Shown here in pieces: positions 28,433 to 37,662 of a stretch of 64,000 bases of DNA. Origin of the DNA: Bdellovibrionota bacterium (lineage in GTDB: Bacteria > Bdellovibrionota_C > UBA2361 > CALJRW01); assembly GCA_041740355.1 (NCBI GenBank), contig JBGSMD010000015.1, positions 48,162 through 112,161 on the forward strand. Reading direction: 5' to 3'. The position numbers and the translations under genes were made by a program. How positions within the stretch are numbered: position 1 is the stretch's first letter; each line of letters starts with the position of its first letter. The notes under the pieces were generated by a model. It was not told the DNA's origin and did no database searches. It was given only the letters and a program-made list of their open reading frames with translations.

Positions 28433-31400
28433 TTACTTATTACTTATATGGTTATCCCACATATCTCTGACGAAAAATTCAATACCGTTACCGTCCCCTG
28501 AGTAGGGTCCATTTAAGTTTGGAGCAGGTCTATACTTTGGATAATACCTTTCGATAAAATATCTAAAATATGCCTCATGATTAACTTGGGCCCTTCCTCC
28601 CATCAATAAGATAGTTGCGACAGTTCCCGCGCCGCCTGCGCCATTAATAAATCTATAACCACTTCCACCTTCCCAAGCTGAAGAATTATCAGGATGTCCC
28701 GACCAACCATACTCCGGAAGTCCAATCATCTCATCAGTATATGGAACACGACCTGGAGATCGAGCAGTATCAACGTCTTTTTTACTTATGAAAAAATGAA
28801 AAGTTAGATCTTGAAATGGAGACCCATTTTTTGCCTTGTTGTTAAGATCTGAATCATTTAGCAATCTTCCAGCGATGAACAATGGAAGTAATCTTCCAAG
28901 ATTATGCCCACCATTAGGTGCCCAAACCATACCGTTTTGTAATAGTCCGTAGATGTCTATGCCCCACTGAACCATGTGAATAGCTAATTTTTCTTTTTGT
29001 TTATTAGATAAATTAGAGTTCAACATTAATCCAGCACCGCCCACTATCTGACCTACCTCACGCCCATAAGTTCGACGAGTATAACCACCAGACTTAGTTT
29101 CAGCCCATGCCGCTTTAAAGTTAGAATTAACATGCCCAGCCGCCACTTCAATCAATGGCCGTTTCGTTGCTTTCTCCAACCAAGACATTGAAGGTGCATT
29201 TGAGGGAACAGGAATAGTAAGGCTACGCAATGCTGAATAATGAAGTTCTGAAACTTTCCAATTAGGTTTTATAGTTTTATCAGAGCCTGCATATGGCGGA
29301 CGGAAACTACCAGCTGCTGGAGCAGAACCAAGAACTGTCAGAACAGCAGTTTCTTTAAACCAGGTCTTCTCTGCCTCTGGATCTAAGACATAGTTTCCAT
29401 CTTTATTTACATGACCTTTCCAAGTATGAGGATTATTCATGGTAGAATACACAGAACTTCCTGATGCTACTTTAATTGGTAACTGTAATGATATATTTTT
29501 GGTTAGATCATATTTTGGTAGATTTTCAGGATTTTTATCATCTCCATTCAGATAAAGTCCCTGAGTTTCTGCCGGCATAAAATTTATCATAGATCCATTG
29601 CTGTAGTTGACCCCACCATCTCCAGTTTTTGGATCAATGTTGGTTATTTTTACTTTATTCTCATTCACTCCCTGTATTGGAGTCACCCAGTAGTCACCGT
29701 TCGCGAAGCGTCCGCAAGGATAAGCTCTGTCAAAATACCATGTAATTCCGTACTGTGTAATTTTATCTGTAGTACCTGAGGGACAATAGTTCACTCCGCC
29801 ATCAGGCTCACAGAAATCAAATTGATAAGTGCCACTCCAGTTTGTAAAGTTACCATTACTACAGCTTCTAGTTTGCTGCTCTGATTGACATGACTGCCCA
29901 GTAGGAACCTCAGATGTCAGATTCATAATCCTTCTCTCAATTGTACCATTTGGCACAAGACCACATGATCCAACAGGAACTCTAGAAGCAGAACAGTTAG
30001 TGCTTGTTCCACCATCATTTCCATTACAGCTCCAAGAAACTGATTGTCCAGCCGCAGGAAAATTTACTGAGACTGGCGATGCTGTCCCTTTGGCACAGAA
30101 GTTTCCACTAAATTGATTTTCTGTAGTTAAATATACTTTAGCATTTGTTCCACACGCTCCATTAATGGCACTGTTTGCTTGAGCAGTAAAAGAAATCAAT
30201 GCCTGAGCACTGTAACTAGTGCCTACACTGTAATCAAAGCTACTTTTTTTTGCATGCACCCAAAATTCATATTTATGAGCATCTGTAATTGGAAACTTAA
30301 AGCTTGGACTTGAAGCTGAGTAATAAGTATCCCGAGATGTCGGATAGGCATCCACATAAACATAGTGTCCATTGGCACTGTAGCCATTATAAATAGCAGA
30401 CGGCTGTGTTAAATCTTTAACTCGGATTAAATATCCAGCGGCTCCCTCAACAGCCGACCATTTAATTTCTACTTTCTGATCAAGATCAGATTTGTATGAA
30501 AACGACTGAATCACAGGAGCGGCAATTCCTCCAGCAATACTAAAATTGGCTACTACCTCTTTGGTTCTGTTGACCTGAATCGAACAACTGAGCCCAGAGC
30601 AAGCTCCACCCCAACCTGAGAAAACCCAACCACTTGCGGGCTGAGCAATCAAGTTGACTGTAGTTGTCGAAGTAAAAGTTTCAGAACAATCAGCACCGCA
30701 ATTAATACCTGTCCCACTAACTGTTCCATTTCCCTGTTTCTTGATATTCAAGGTTAAATTAGTTCCATTACAACCTTCTGCATAATATCCATTGCAACTT
30801 GCCGGTGGAGTTGGAGTCGCAGGGGGTGGTAATGTTGGGGATGATGTAGGAGTTAAAGTTGGAGTCGGAGTTGGAGTTGGAGAAGCATGGGCGTCAAAAA
30901 TCACATCACTAACTTCGCTAAAGGTACTATTATCATTGCGATCATAAGTAGCTTTTCTAGCTCTGACCCAGAATCTATATTTTTTTGCGTCAGAAACGCT
31001 TAAATCGTAAGTAGTGTTTGTATAATTTTCTTCATATAGAAGATCTAGATCCTTGGCAGGATTAGTCTGATCAACAGCACCAATTAAATAACCGCTAGCT
31101 CCAGTTACATTTGCCCATTCAACCCTAATCTTTCCATTTACAATTCTAGTGTTTGGATTTTTAATATTTGGAGCAGCTAGCCGACCTGTTTGAGTAAAAT
31201 TAGCTACAACTGTCTTGTTAGAATTTAATATGATACTACAGCTATTACCACTACAATCTCCGCCCCAACCAGAAAATAGATATCCTTCACTGGCAAATGC
31301 ACTTAATACAACGCTCGTTCCCTTTACATAACTCTTGCTGCATTCAGTACCACAGCTAATCCCATTTCCACTTACTTTTCCAGATCCCTTTTTACTAACA

Positions 31401-32134
31401 GTGAGCTTATAGCTTAAAATATTGGTATCGGGTGTTGGTAGTGGCTTCACTGGCGATTCGGTATTTACCGAAGTATCTACGACTCTAAACTTAAAACTAA
31501 TCTCTCTACCAGGGAAACCTAAACCTTTATCCTTGGTGTATGGAGTTAATTTAATTTCATATTCTCCAATTGGTAATTTTCCGAGCACTACTTCATATGG
31601 AGACGCATCTAAGAGATAAACTCCTTTATTCAGTTCAATTTTTATACTACCAATCTTAATCGGATACTTAACTACTAACTTTAAATCATTGCGATTAACG
31701 GAAACCGAGGTCCCTTCGCTTAGCACTTTAATAATTTGACTATTAGCTACATCAACTAAACTGAAGATGCTTTCATTTTTATTTTCTGCTTCGACCTTAG
31801 CAGTTTTACATAATTGCTCTATTAAGTTCTTCTCTTTCTGAATCTTTTTGGCCTGCTTTACGTTGCCTTTGTTCTTTTGTATTTCAACTCTCTTGGTATA
31901 TTGTTTACTTAAAGAATTAAACACATATCCTATTTCTTTTTCTTGTAAATTTCCAAAATGGATTTTTTCATTAATTTCATAACAATCATAATTCTTATCT
32001 TTAAAAATGATTGAGTACGTTTCATTTAGGACTTTTTCGTTGCTAATTACATAGTCCCTGCTAGGTATGCCTATCATTGCAAAGACATAGACAAAAAATA
32101 GTATAGATAAGATTAATTTTCTTGAATTTTTCAA
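28433..32134 (-). CDS. Large secreted mosaic surface protein
   Basis: Signal-like N-terminus, two InlB-B-repeat-like domains (FSGWGG.C) each followed by an FN3-like domain, PT linker, Cys-rich modules, C-terminal domain starting ITWYFD...GRFANGDYWV. Confidence 0.75.
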   Translation of the reverse strand: MKNSRKLILSILFFVYVFAMIGIPSRDYVISNEKVLNETYSIIFKDKNYDCYEINEKIHFGNLQEKEIGYVFNSLSKQYTKRVEIQKNKGNVKQAKKIQKEKNLIEQLCKTAKVEAENKNESIFSLVDVANSQIIKVLSEGTSVSVNRNDLKLVVKYPIKIGSIKIELNKGVYLLDASPYEVVLGKLPIGEYEIKLTPYTKDKGLGFPGREISFKFRVVDTSVNTESPVKPLPTPDTNILSYKLTVSKKGSGKVSGNGISCGTECSKSYVKGTSVVLSAFASEGYLFSGWGGDCSGNSCSIILNSNKTVVANFTQTGRLAAPNIKNPNTRIVNGKIRVEWANVTGASGYLIGAVDQTNPAKDLDLLYEENYTNTTYDLSVSDAKKYRFWVRARKATYDRNDNSTFSEVSDVIFDAHASPTPTPTPTLTPTSSPTLPPPATPTPPASCNGYYAEGCNGTNLTLNIKKQGNGTVSGTGINCGADCSETFTSTTTVNLIAQPASGWVFSGWGGACSGLSCSIQVNRTKEVVANFSIAGGIAAPVIQSFSYKSDLDQKVEIKWSAVEGAAGYLIRVKDLTQPSAIYNGYSANGHYVYVDAYPTSRDTYYSASSPSFKFPITDAHKYEFWVHAKKSSFDYSVGTSYSAQALISFTAQANSAINGACGTNAKVYLTTENQFSGNFCAKGTASPVSVNFPAAGQSVSWSCNGNDGGTSTNCSASRVPVGSCGLVPNGTIERRIMNLTSEVPTGQSCQSEQQTRSCSNGNFTNWSGTYQFDFCEPDGGVNYCPSGTTDKITQYGITWYFDRAYPCGRFANGDYWVTPIQGVNENKVKITNIDPKTGDGGVNYSNGSMINFMPAETQGLYLNGDDKNPENLPKYDLTKNISLQLPIKVASGSSVYSTMNNPHTWKGHVNKDGNYVLDPEAEKTWFKETAVLTVLGSAPAAGSFRPPYAGSDKTIKPNWKVSELHYSALRSLTIPVPSNAPSMSWLEKATKRPLIEVAAGHVNSNFKAAWAETKSGGYTRRTYGREVGQIVGGAGLMLNSNLSNKQKEKLAIHMVQWGIDIYGLLQNGMVWAPNGGHNLGRLLPLFIAGRLLNDSDLNNKAKNGSPFQDLTFHFFISKKDVDTARSPGRVPYTDEMIGLPEYGWSGHPDNSSAWEGGSGYRFINGAGGAGTVATILLMGGRAQVNHEAYFRYFIERYYPKYRPAPNLNGPYSGDGNGIEFFVRDMWDNHISNK

Positions 32135-32373
32135 AACGCGTCATCCTGAAGATAGATGTAAACTTTAAGATGAACTAATGTTAATAAAAGTTTCAAGTAT
32201 ACAATCAAAGCCAGCAAAAGGAGAATCTAACCTAATTTGAATTCATATTTCGAGAAAATTATAAGAGCACACTCAGAATTACTGACCCAAAAAGGGGGTT
32301 TTCTATTTTAAAGCGAATAAATTAAATTTATAGGTAGAAATTAGATCAATTCAAGATTAAAGGAATAAACATG

Positions 32374-32910
32374 CTATTTCCCCCTAACTTTCTCTAACAC
32401 CATGGCTTCTCCATCAGGAGTAGTGATTAATCCAGCATTAACAAAACCAGCTTTTTGATATGATTTAATCGCACTTAAGTTTTTAGGCGATGGATCCGTA
32501 ATAATTTTTTTGACACCTTTTTGTTCTAATAACCAATCAGTAAATACAACTAAGTATGAAGCACCAAGACCTTTGCCTAATAAAGACTCCTCACCAATCA
32601 GCAGATCAACACCAAGAGTCCCATCCTCTTCTTCTTCCCACCAAGCACCGCCAACCTTATTGGCAATATAAACGCTAATGTAACCAATAAAATCTTGCTG
32701 CTGTTTTACAAAATATGCTCTTTCAGTATTTAAATGAATTTTATGATCATATTTACCAATCACTTCCGACATAGAAACAGCTCCGTCCCAGAACTTCGCT
32801 ACATGCGGAGTATTTAACCATCGATGCAATAGCTGATAATGTTCAGGACGAACAACATGGAACTCATATTGGGATGTTATAATTTTATCTGGAAATAATT
32901 TAGTTGACAT
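32374..32910 (-). CDS. GNAT acetyltransferase, AAC(6')-Ib/II-like
   Basis: WLN.PHV..FW, WWEEE, GKGLG, TDPSP.N..AI..Y.KAGF, TTPDG. Confidence 0.75.
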   Translation of the reverse strand: MSTKLFPDKIITSQYEFHVVRPEHYQLLHRWLNTPHVAKFWDGAVSMSEVIGKYDHKIHLNTERAYFVKQQQDFIGYISVYIANKVGGAWWEEEEDGTLGVDLLIGEESLLGKGLGASYLVVFTDWLLEQKGVKKIITDPSPKNLSAIKSYQKAGFVNAGLITTPDGEAMVLEKVRGK

Positions 32911-33189
32911 ATGTTTTAACCATTTGCTTCATACTACTACTTTTTTGAAACAATAGTCGAAAAGTATGAGTTATTGCCAACTTAAATAGCTTTAATTAAG
33001 GATTAATTAGAATAAAAGTAAATTGTGATCATCAGTAGAAAGGGCTGCTACTCACTTAGGCACTCTTCACTCTTGTTCGTGATAAGCTTGAAACCATTAA
33101 AGATTTTAAGTCTGTCTATCTTGGATCCTACTGAAGTATTTAATTATAAAAAAATGAAATTGCTAAATTGAAGCGATCTAAAAGTTTAA

Positions 33190-33705
33190 TTAGATTTCTT
33201 CTAATTTACCATTTTCAAATTGAAAAAAAGTAGTTTCATCGATTTCATCAAGATTATTATCTAACCCATGAAACCTTCTGCTGCAAAGTAATTTGCCATC
33301 CTTACCGATCTCAGCTTTCCAATCATGACGATATTCTGCCCAAAGGCCTTCGCGCTGGAAAACCTTTGTGAAATTAATACCATTAGAATGAAGTTGGCTT
33401 AATAAACTTGCTAATAGGGCACCTGATTGATTTCCATTTAGGCTAGCGACAGCCTCTAGCGCAGCTGCTCTTGCTGTCACTATTGCGATTGGAATATCTA
33501 TATTCATATGGCGTTGTGGAAAGTTAATCGCTCTTTCATCTTTTGTCGCAACTATTGAAGCTATGCTCACCTCTTGAGGTAACAAGGCAACATGAGTTAC
33601 TTCCTTTCCTTGTTCGCGAGAAGTTGCAATTACTAGTTTGCCTGCTTCAACTGGATATGTTTCGGTAGCAATTATTTGGATGCCCCGCTCGGATGTGACT
33701 GACAT
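33190..33705 (-). CDS. Hypothetical protein
   Basis: 171-aa ORF filling the gap; no motif recognised. Confidence 0.55.
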   Translation of the reverse strand: MSVTSERGIQIIATETYPVEAGKLVIATSREQGKEVTHVALLPQEVSIASIVATKDERAINFPQRHMNIDIPIAIVTARAAALEAVASLNGNQSGALLASLLSQLHSNGINFTKVFQREGLWAEYRHDWKAEIGKDGKLLCSRRFHGLDNNLDEIDETTFFQFENGKLEEI

Positions 33706-33872
33706 AAATTATAATTAAAAAATAAATTTCTAAAGTTATGACGATCAAAAGCTGAAGATAGATTCAAAAAATTAAAGGAACTCTATTCTATTAATTAGAG
33801 CAAATTCTTAATAGTTAAGTATCTGTAAATACTGTTTTTGTTTAGAAATATCATTTAGGTTATATTGGCCAA

Positions 33873-34883
33873 ATGTCAGCACAACGTTTTATTCCAACAG
33901 CTAGTTCAGAGATTCTCCACTCAACATCATTGCCTACTCATGATTTAGCAAAAGAAGCCCAGCGTCTTAATACAATCGCGCAAGACATTATTACTCCCGA
34001 GGAGCGGCTAATTCAATTAGCAAGCTTAGCTGACCGGACGATATTATTAACTTCAGGGGGGCGTAATGCCCCTCAAAGTATTGCATATTTAGCTAAGGCA
34101 ATTCAAAACTCACCCAAAGTAATAGCGGAACAACTAATTCAAATACCAATTGTTTTTTTAGATTTACAAAATCATCCTGTCGAAACCTATAAACTTTTAT
34201 TAGATTTAAAACTTCGCTATCCTGATTTAAATTTTAGACGATTTACCTATGACTTTGAGAATGATTCGGAATTAAAACAAGCTATTAATTTTCAAGTCGG
34301 TAGTCAGGTCATAATTCAGAACACAGAAGATCCCAGAAAAGGATTAAAAGAAAATCTGATTTCAGCCTTTTTTCAGCAAACAAAAATTCCTTTAATTTAT
34401 AGTTTATTAATAGATGCTAATGTTGGACTTCCTAAAGCAGAATACATCATCGGCGGAAACAGGAGATCGCAATCTAAAAGTCGCAATACTTTACCGTTTG
34501 CCCAAGAAAGTTTTTATAAAGATCGTGGATTTATTCATGTTTATCCACTATTTGATCAAACTAATGCGCAAGTAACTCAACATGAGTCTCAAGCCATGCT
34601 ACCTGTTCACCAACTTGATGCTAATAAATATCCTTCTGTTGGGATTTGGTATGAAATGTTTTCCGTTGATGAAGTTGATTTAGCTCAAAAAGCCTTAACA
34701 AAATCTAACCGTCCCGATGAATGTGGAATTCATCGTCCCCAGACTGAAATTCAACATATTCCAATCCGCGAAGTCACTGACTGGAGCGAAGAATTAAATA
34801 TCGCCAAACGTTATCCAAATACTCATCAGTGGATGTTGGAAGAATTAGCTAAAATTGGTAGATACAATGATTTCCAAATTTAA
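33873..34883 (+). CDS. Divergent PAPS-reductase (CysH)-family protein
   Basis: TSGG, VFLD, G.RRSQS.SR, YPL, YPSVG and ECGIH motifs. Confidence 0.65.
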   Translation: MSAQRFIPTASSEILHSTSLPTHDLAKEAQRLNTIAQDIITPEERLIQLASLADRTILLTSGGRNAPQSIAYLAKAIQNSPKVIAEQLIQIPIVFLDLQNHPVETYKLLLDLKLRYPDLNFRRFTYDFENDSELKQAINFQVGSQVIIQNTEDPRKGLKENLISAFFQQTKIPLIYSLLIDANVGLPKAEYIIGGNRRSQSKSRNTLPFAQESFYKDRGFIHVYPLFDQTNAQVTQHESQAMLPVHQLDANKYPSVGIWYEMFSVDEVDLAQKALTKSNRPDECGIHRPQTEIQHIPIREVTDWSEELNIAKRYPNTHQWMLEELAKIGRYNDFQI

Positions 34884-34894
34884 GTTCGAGAATA

Positions 34895-35428
34895 TTATTC
34901 GATATCTCGACCCATAACTGTTTTACGACCAGCCAACTCTGCCTTCTTAATTCCTTTTAAACATTCTTCGATGACTTTCTTTGTGAGTCGATCGATACAA
35001 CACTGACTAGTATTAAAATCAGCTTGATCACTTACCAGTTTTTTTACCTTAGACACAACTACTAAACAGTCGGTCTGAATACCATTAGCTTGAAATGCGA
35101 TTGGTTTATCAAAATTAGCATTACCAGAATTTTCTGAGCTGCGCATCTCACCAACTATTTTTCTAACGGGAGCTCTTTCGCTATTTTCAACTAAGATTTT
35201 TGCAGATTCAAAAGCAGGCGACTTAGTCTCAATGGCATAAGTTTCACTACGATGAGTTACATATCCTAAATGAGCATCCCAACAAATAGAAGAACAAAAC
35301 CGCATCCCAGTCCGCTCATTGCGACAAGTGCTTATATTGCAAAGATAGTAAAGACTGCTATACCCAATCGGTTTTTTACAAATACTACATTTTTTCCAGA
35401 ACTCGGAAGGATTATCAGAACTAGTCAT
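34895..35428 (-). CDS. Bacterial histone with N-terminal zinc finger (ZZ-histone-like)
   Basis: C-terminal LVVVSKVKKL...NTS...ID.L...CLKG...A...GRKTVMGRDI histone fold; N-terminal CxxC, CxxxxC, CxxxC, H, H. Confidence 0.85.
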   Translation of the reverse strand: MTSSDNPSEFWKKCSICKKPIGYSSLYYLCNISTCRNERTGMRFCSSICWDAHLGYVTHRSETYAIETKSPAFESAKILVENSERAPVRKIVGEMRSSENSGNANFDKPIAFQANGIQTDCLVVVSKVKKLVSDQADFNTSQCCIDRLTKKVIEECLKGIKKAELAGRKTVMGRDIE

Positions 35429-35574
35429 ATTTATTTCAATTGCAAACGGGTTCAAATTAACCTAGCTGATCGTCAAACTCAAGCTATAATCATGAATAAA
35501 TTAATTTCAGATAATTTATTTGACTAAGAACCTATCCCTTCGTATCTTCATATTGAATTATTTACACTTAAATT

Positions 35575-36267
35575 ATGTCTCAATTAAGAGTAGCTAAGGA
35601 CGATCACAATCTCCTACAAAATGATCTTAGTAGAGATTCAAAAAGATTAATTCGCCTAGATTTATTCTCACAGATCCCAGAACCCCTAATCTTTCAGGAT
35701 AAAGTAATTGGATTATTAGAACTAAAAAGATTAGCAGCCGTCATCGATCAATCTATTCCGATGAGAGGTAGAGTTACTGACAATGATCTAATGCTACTTA
35801 AAATTTCCACAATGTTAGAAGTAGGTGATTTAGGAATCTTCTCTCGGGAAATGCAACTTCATCCAAAGATTTTTCAAAAATATCCAAAAGTGGAAAGAAC
35901 AATTACTAAACTTTTTGGTGCAATTGAAAAAATAGCGGATCAATTAGCAACAATCGCTGATTTCGATCAAAGACTTTTAAAGGCAGAGCCAGAATACCTT
36001 TTAGCCATCTCCCAAGAACTTCAAAGAAGAAACAAAGAATATGGGGCTAAAAGTATTTCTAATTCAGCTGCACCAAACAATAATGCTTGTTACTGTATTT
36101 CACAATTATCAGCTGCGCTTGAAAAGGGAGATTTACGTCATGCTATTGTTATTAGACTTTGCGAGGGGGATAAAATGCGAGGCAAAGGTCAACTTACTGA
36201 ATATATAGAAAATATATTTGGCACTGGTTTTAGATTAGAAAGGGCTTGGGCCAAGCTTGATACCTAA
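35575..36267 (+). CDS. Hypothetical protein
   Basis: 230-aa ORF; no motif recognised. Confidence 0.55.
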   Translation: MSQLRVAKDDHNLLQNDLSRDSKRLIRLDLFSQIPEPLIFQDKVIGLLELKRLAAVIDQSIPMRGRVTDNDLMLLKISTMLEVGDLGIFSREMQLHPKIFQKYPKVERTITKLFGAIEKIADQLATIADFDQRLLKAEPEYLLAISQELQRRNKEYGAKSISNSAAPNNNACYCISQLSAALEKGDLRHAIVIRLCEGDKMRGKGQLTEYIENIFGTGFRLERAWAKLDT

Positions 36268-36285
36268 AGATACCTAGTTTCATAC

Positions 36286-37578
36286 TTAACGATTTCCACT
36301 ATTTCGATTTGTCCGTTGCGCTGAATGACTTTGATTGCGATCACGAGAGTTTCTACCTCTAAAGCCACCACCGCGAGAATTATTGCCACCACCAAAATTT
36401 CTGGAAGCTACAGTAGCAGGATTTGTGGATGGATCAGAAATATCTTTTTCATAAGTGAACCCCTGCAGTTCTCTTCTTTGCAATGGTTCTCCAAGTAATT
36501 TTTCTATTGCCTTAATCATCTTGGCGTCTTCATTACCAACTAAGGTATAGGCTTCGCCACTACGAGATGCTCGACCAGTTCTGCCAATTCGGTGAGTGTA
36601 AGTTTCTGGAGTACCGGGAATATCATAATTAATTACATGAGAGATTGAAGAAATATCAATTCCTCTAGCCGCGATATCTGTTGCTACTAAGATTTTATAT
36701 TTCCCTTCCTTGAAACCATTCATGGCTTCCACCCTTCTATTTTGTGAAAGATTGCCTTGAAGGGAAGTCACAGAAAAACCAGAGCTAACTAAATGTTCGG
36801 CTAGTCTTTTAGCGCGATGCTTAGTACGCGTGAAAATTAACATCGACTGAATTTCAATTTGATTACAAAGTGCTTTCAAGAAATCATTCTTTTGATGTGG
36901 GGCTACTGGGTAAAGCGCATGATCAATAGTTTGTGGCGGTGCAATTCGGCCAACCTCTACAGTTACCGGCTTAGTTAATACTTCACTAGCAAGTGCCCGA
37001 ATGTCATTTGGCATAGTTGCGGAAAACAACATAGTCTGTCGAGTAGTGGGTAGCGATTTTATAATTTGTCGGATATTTGGAAGAAATCCCATATCAAACA
37101 TTTGATCGGCTTCATCTAGCACTAACATTTCAATTGCAGATAAATTAATTGTTTTTCTTTCGATATGATCTAGTAATCTTCCCGGACAGGCAACAACAAC
37201 ATCAACTCCACGATCTAGCGCTTTGATTTGTGGTCCGATATTAACCCCACCAAAAATCAGCGCACTTTTAATATCTAGTTGGCTACCAAGTTCTCTTAGT
37301 ACTTCGTCAATTTGAATTGCTAACTCACGTGTTGGAGCAATGATTAATGCCCGAACTTTACCATGAACATTCCCTTTGGCACGTTGCATTAATCTCTCTA
37401 AAATTGGCAATACAAATGCTGCCGTTTTTCCAGTCCCAGTTTGAGCAATGCCAAGTAAATCTTTTTTAGCAATTAAATGCGGAATGGCTTGCTCTTGAAT
37501 CGGAGTGGGAGTTGTAAAATTTAAGGCTTTTATGCCTGCTGAAATTTTAGGATGGAAATTAAAGGAATCAAAATTCAT
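36286..37578 (-). CDS. rhlE: DEAD-box RNA helicase (RhlE-like)
   Basis: All DEAD-box motifs, GNLSQNRR, HRIGRTGRA, RGG-rich tail. Confidence 0.9.
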   Translation of the reverse strand: MNFDSFNFHPKISAGIKALNFTTPTPIQEQAIPHLIAKKDLLGIAQTGTGKTAAFVLPILERLMQRAKGNVHGKVRALIIAPTRELAIQIDEVLRELGSQLDIKSALIFGGVNIGPQIKALDRGVDVVVACPGRLLDHIERKTINLSAIEMLVLDEADQMFDMGFLPNIRQIIKSLPTTRQTMLFSATMPNDIRALASEVLTKPVTVEVGRIAPPQTIDHALYPVAPHQKNDFLKALCNQIEIQSMLIFTRTKHRAKRLAEHLVSSGFSVTSLQGNLSQNRRVEAMNGFKEGKYKILVATDIAARGIDISSISHVINYDIPGTPETYTHRIGRTGRASRSGEAYTLVGNEDAKMIKAIEKLLGEPLQRRELQGFTYEKDISDPSTNPATVASRNFGGGNNSRGGGFRGRNSRDRNQSHSAQRTNRNSGNR

Positions 37579-37662
37579 ATTGTACTAAATGGTAAACGTG
37601 ACTTATCACGGGCGCAGTGTAGTACAATATGAGAATTAAGCCAGTCGGCACTATAATTACTT

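Noticed and set aside
32140-33180. Integron cassette context for the AAC(6')-like gene
   Set aside because: No attC-like RYYYAAC...GTTRRRY palindrome or integron integrase found.
27020-33180. Distal att site closing the island
   Set aside because: No further copy of the tRNA core was found, so the right boundary is left undefined.
33873-34883. DndC/phosphorothioation or other PAPS-reductase-based defence system
   Set aside because: ECGIH points to CysH-type proteins and there are no dnd/ssp partner genes.
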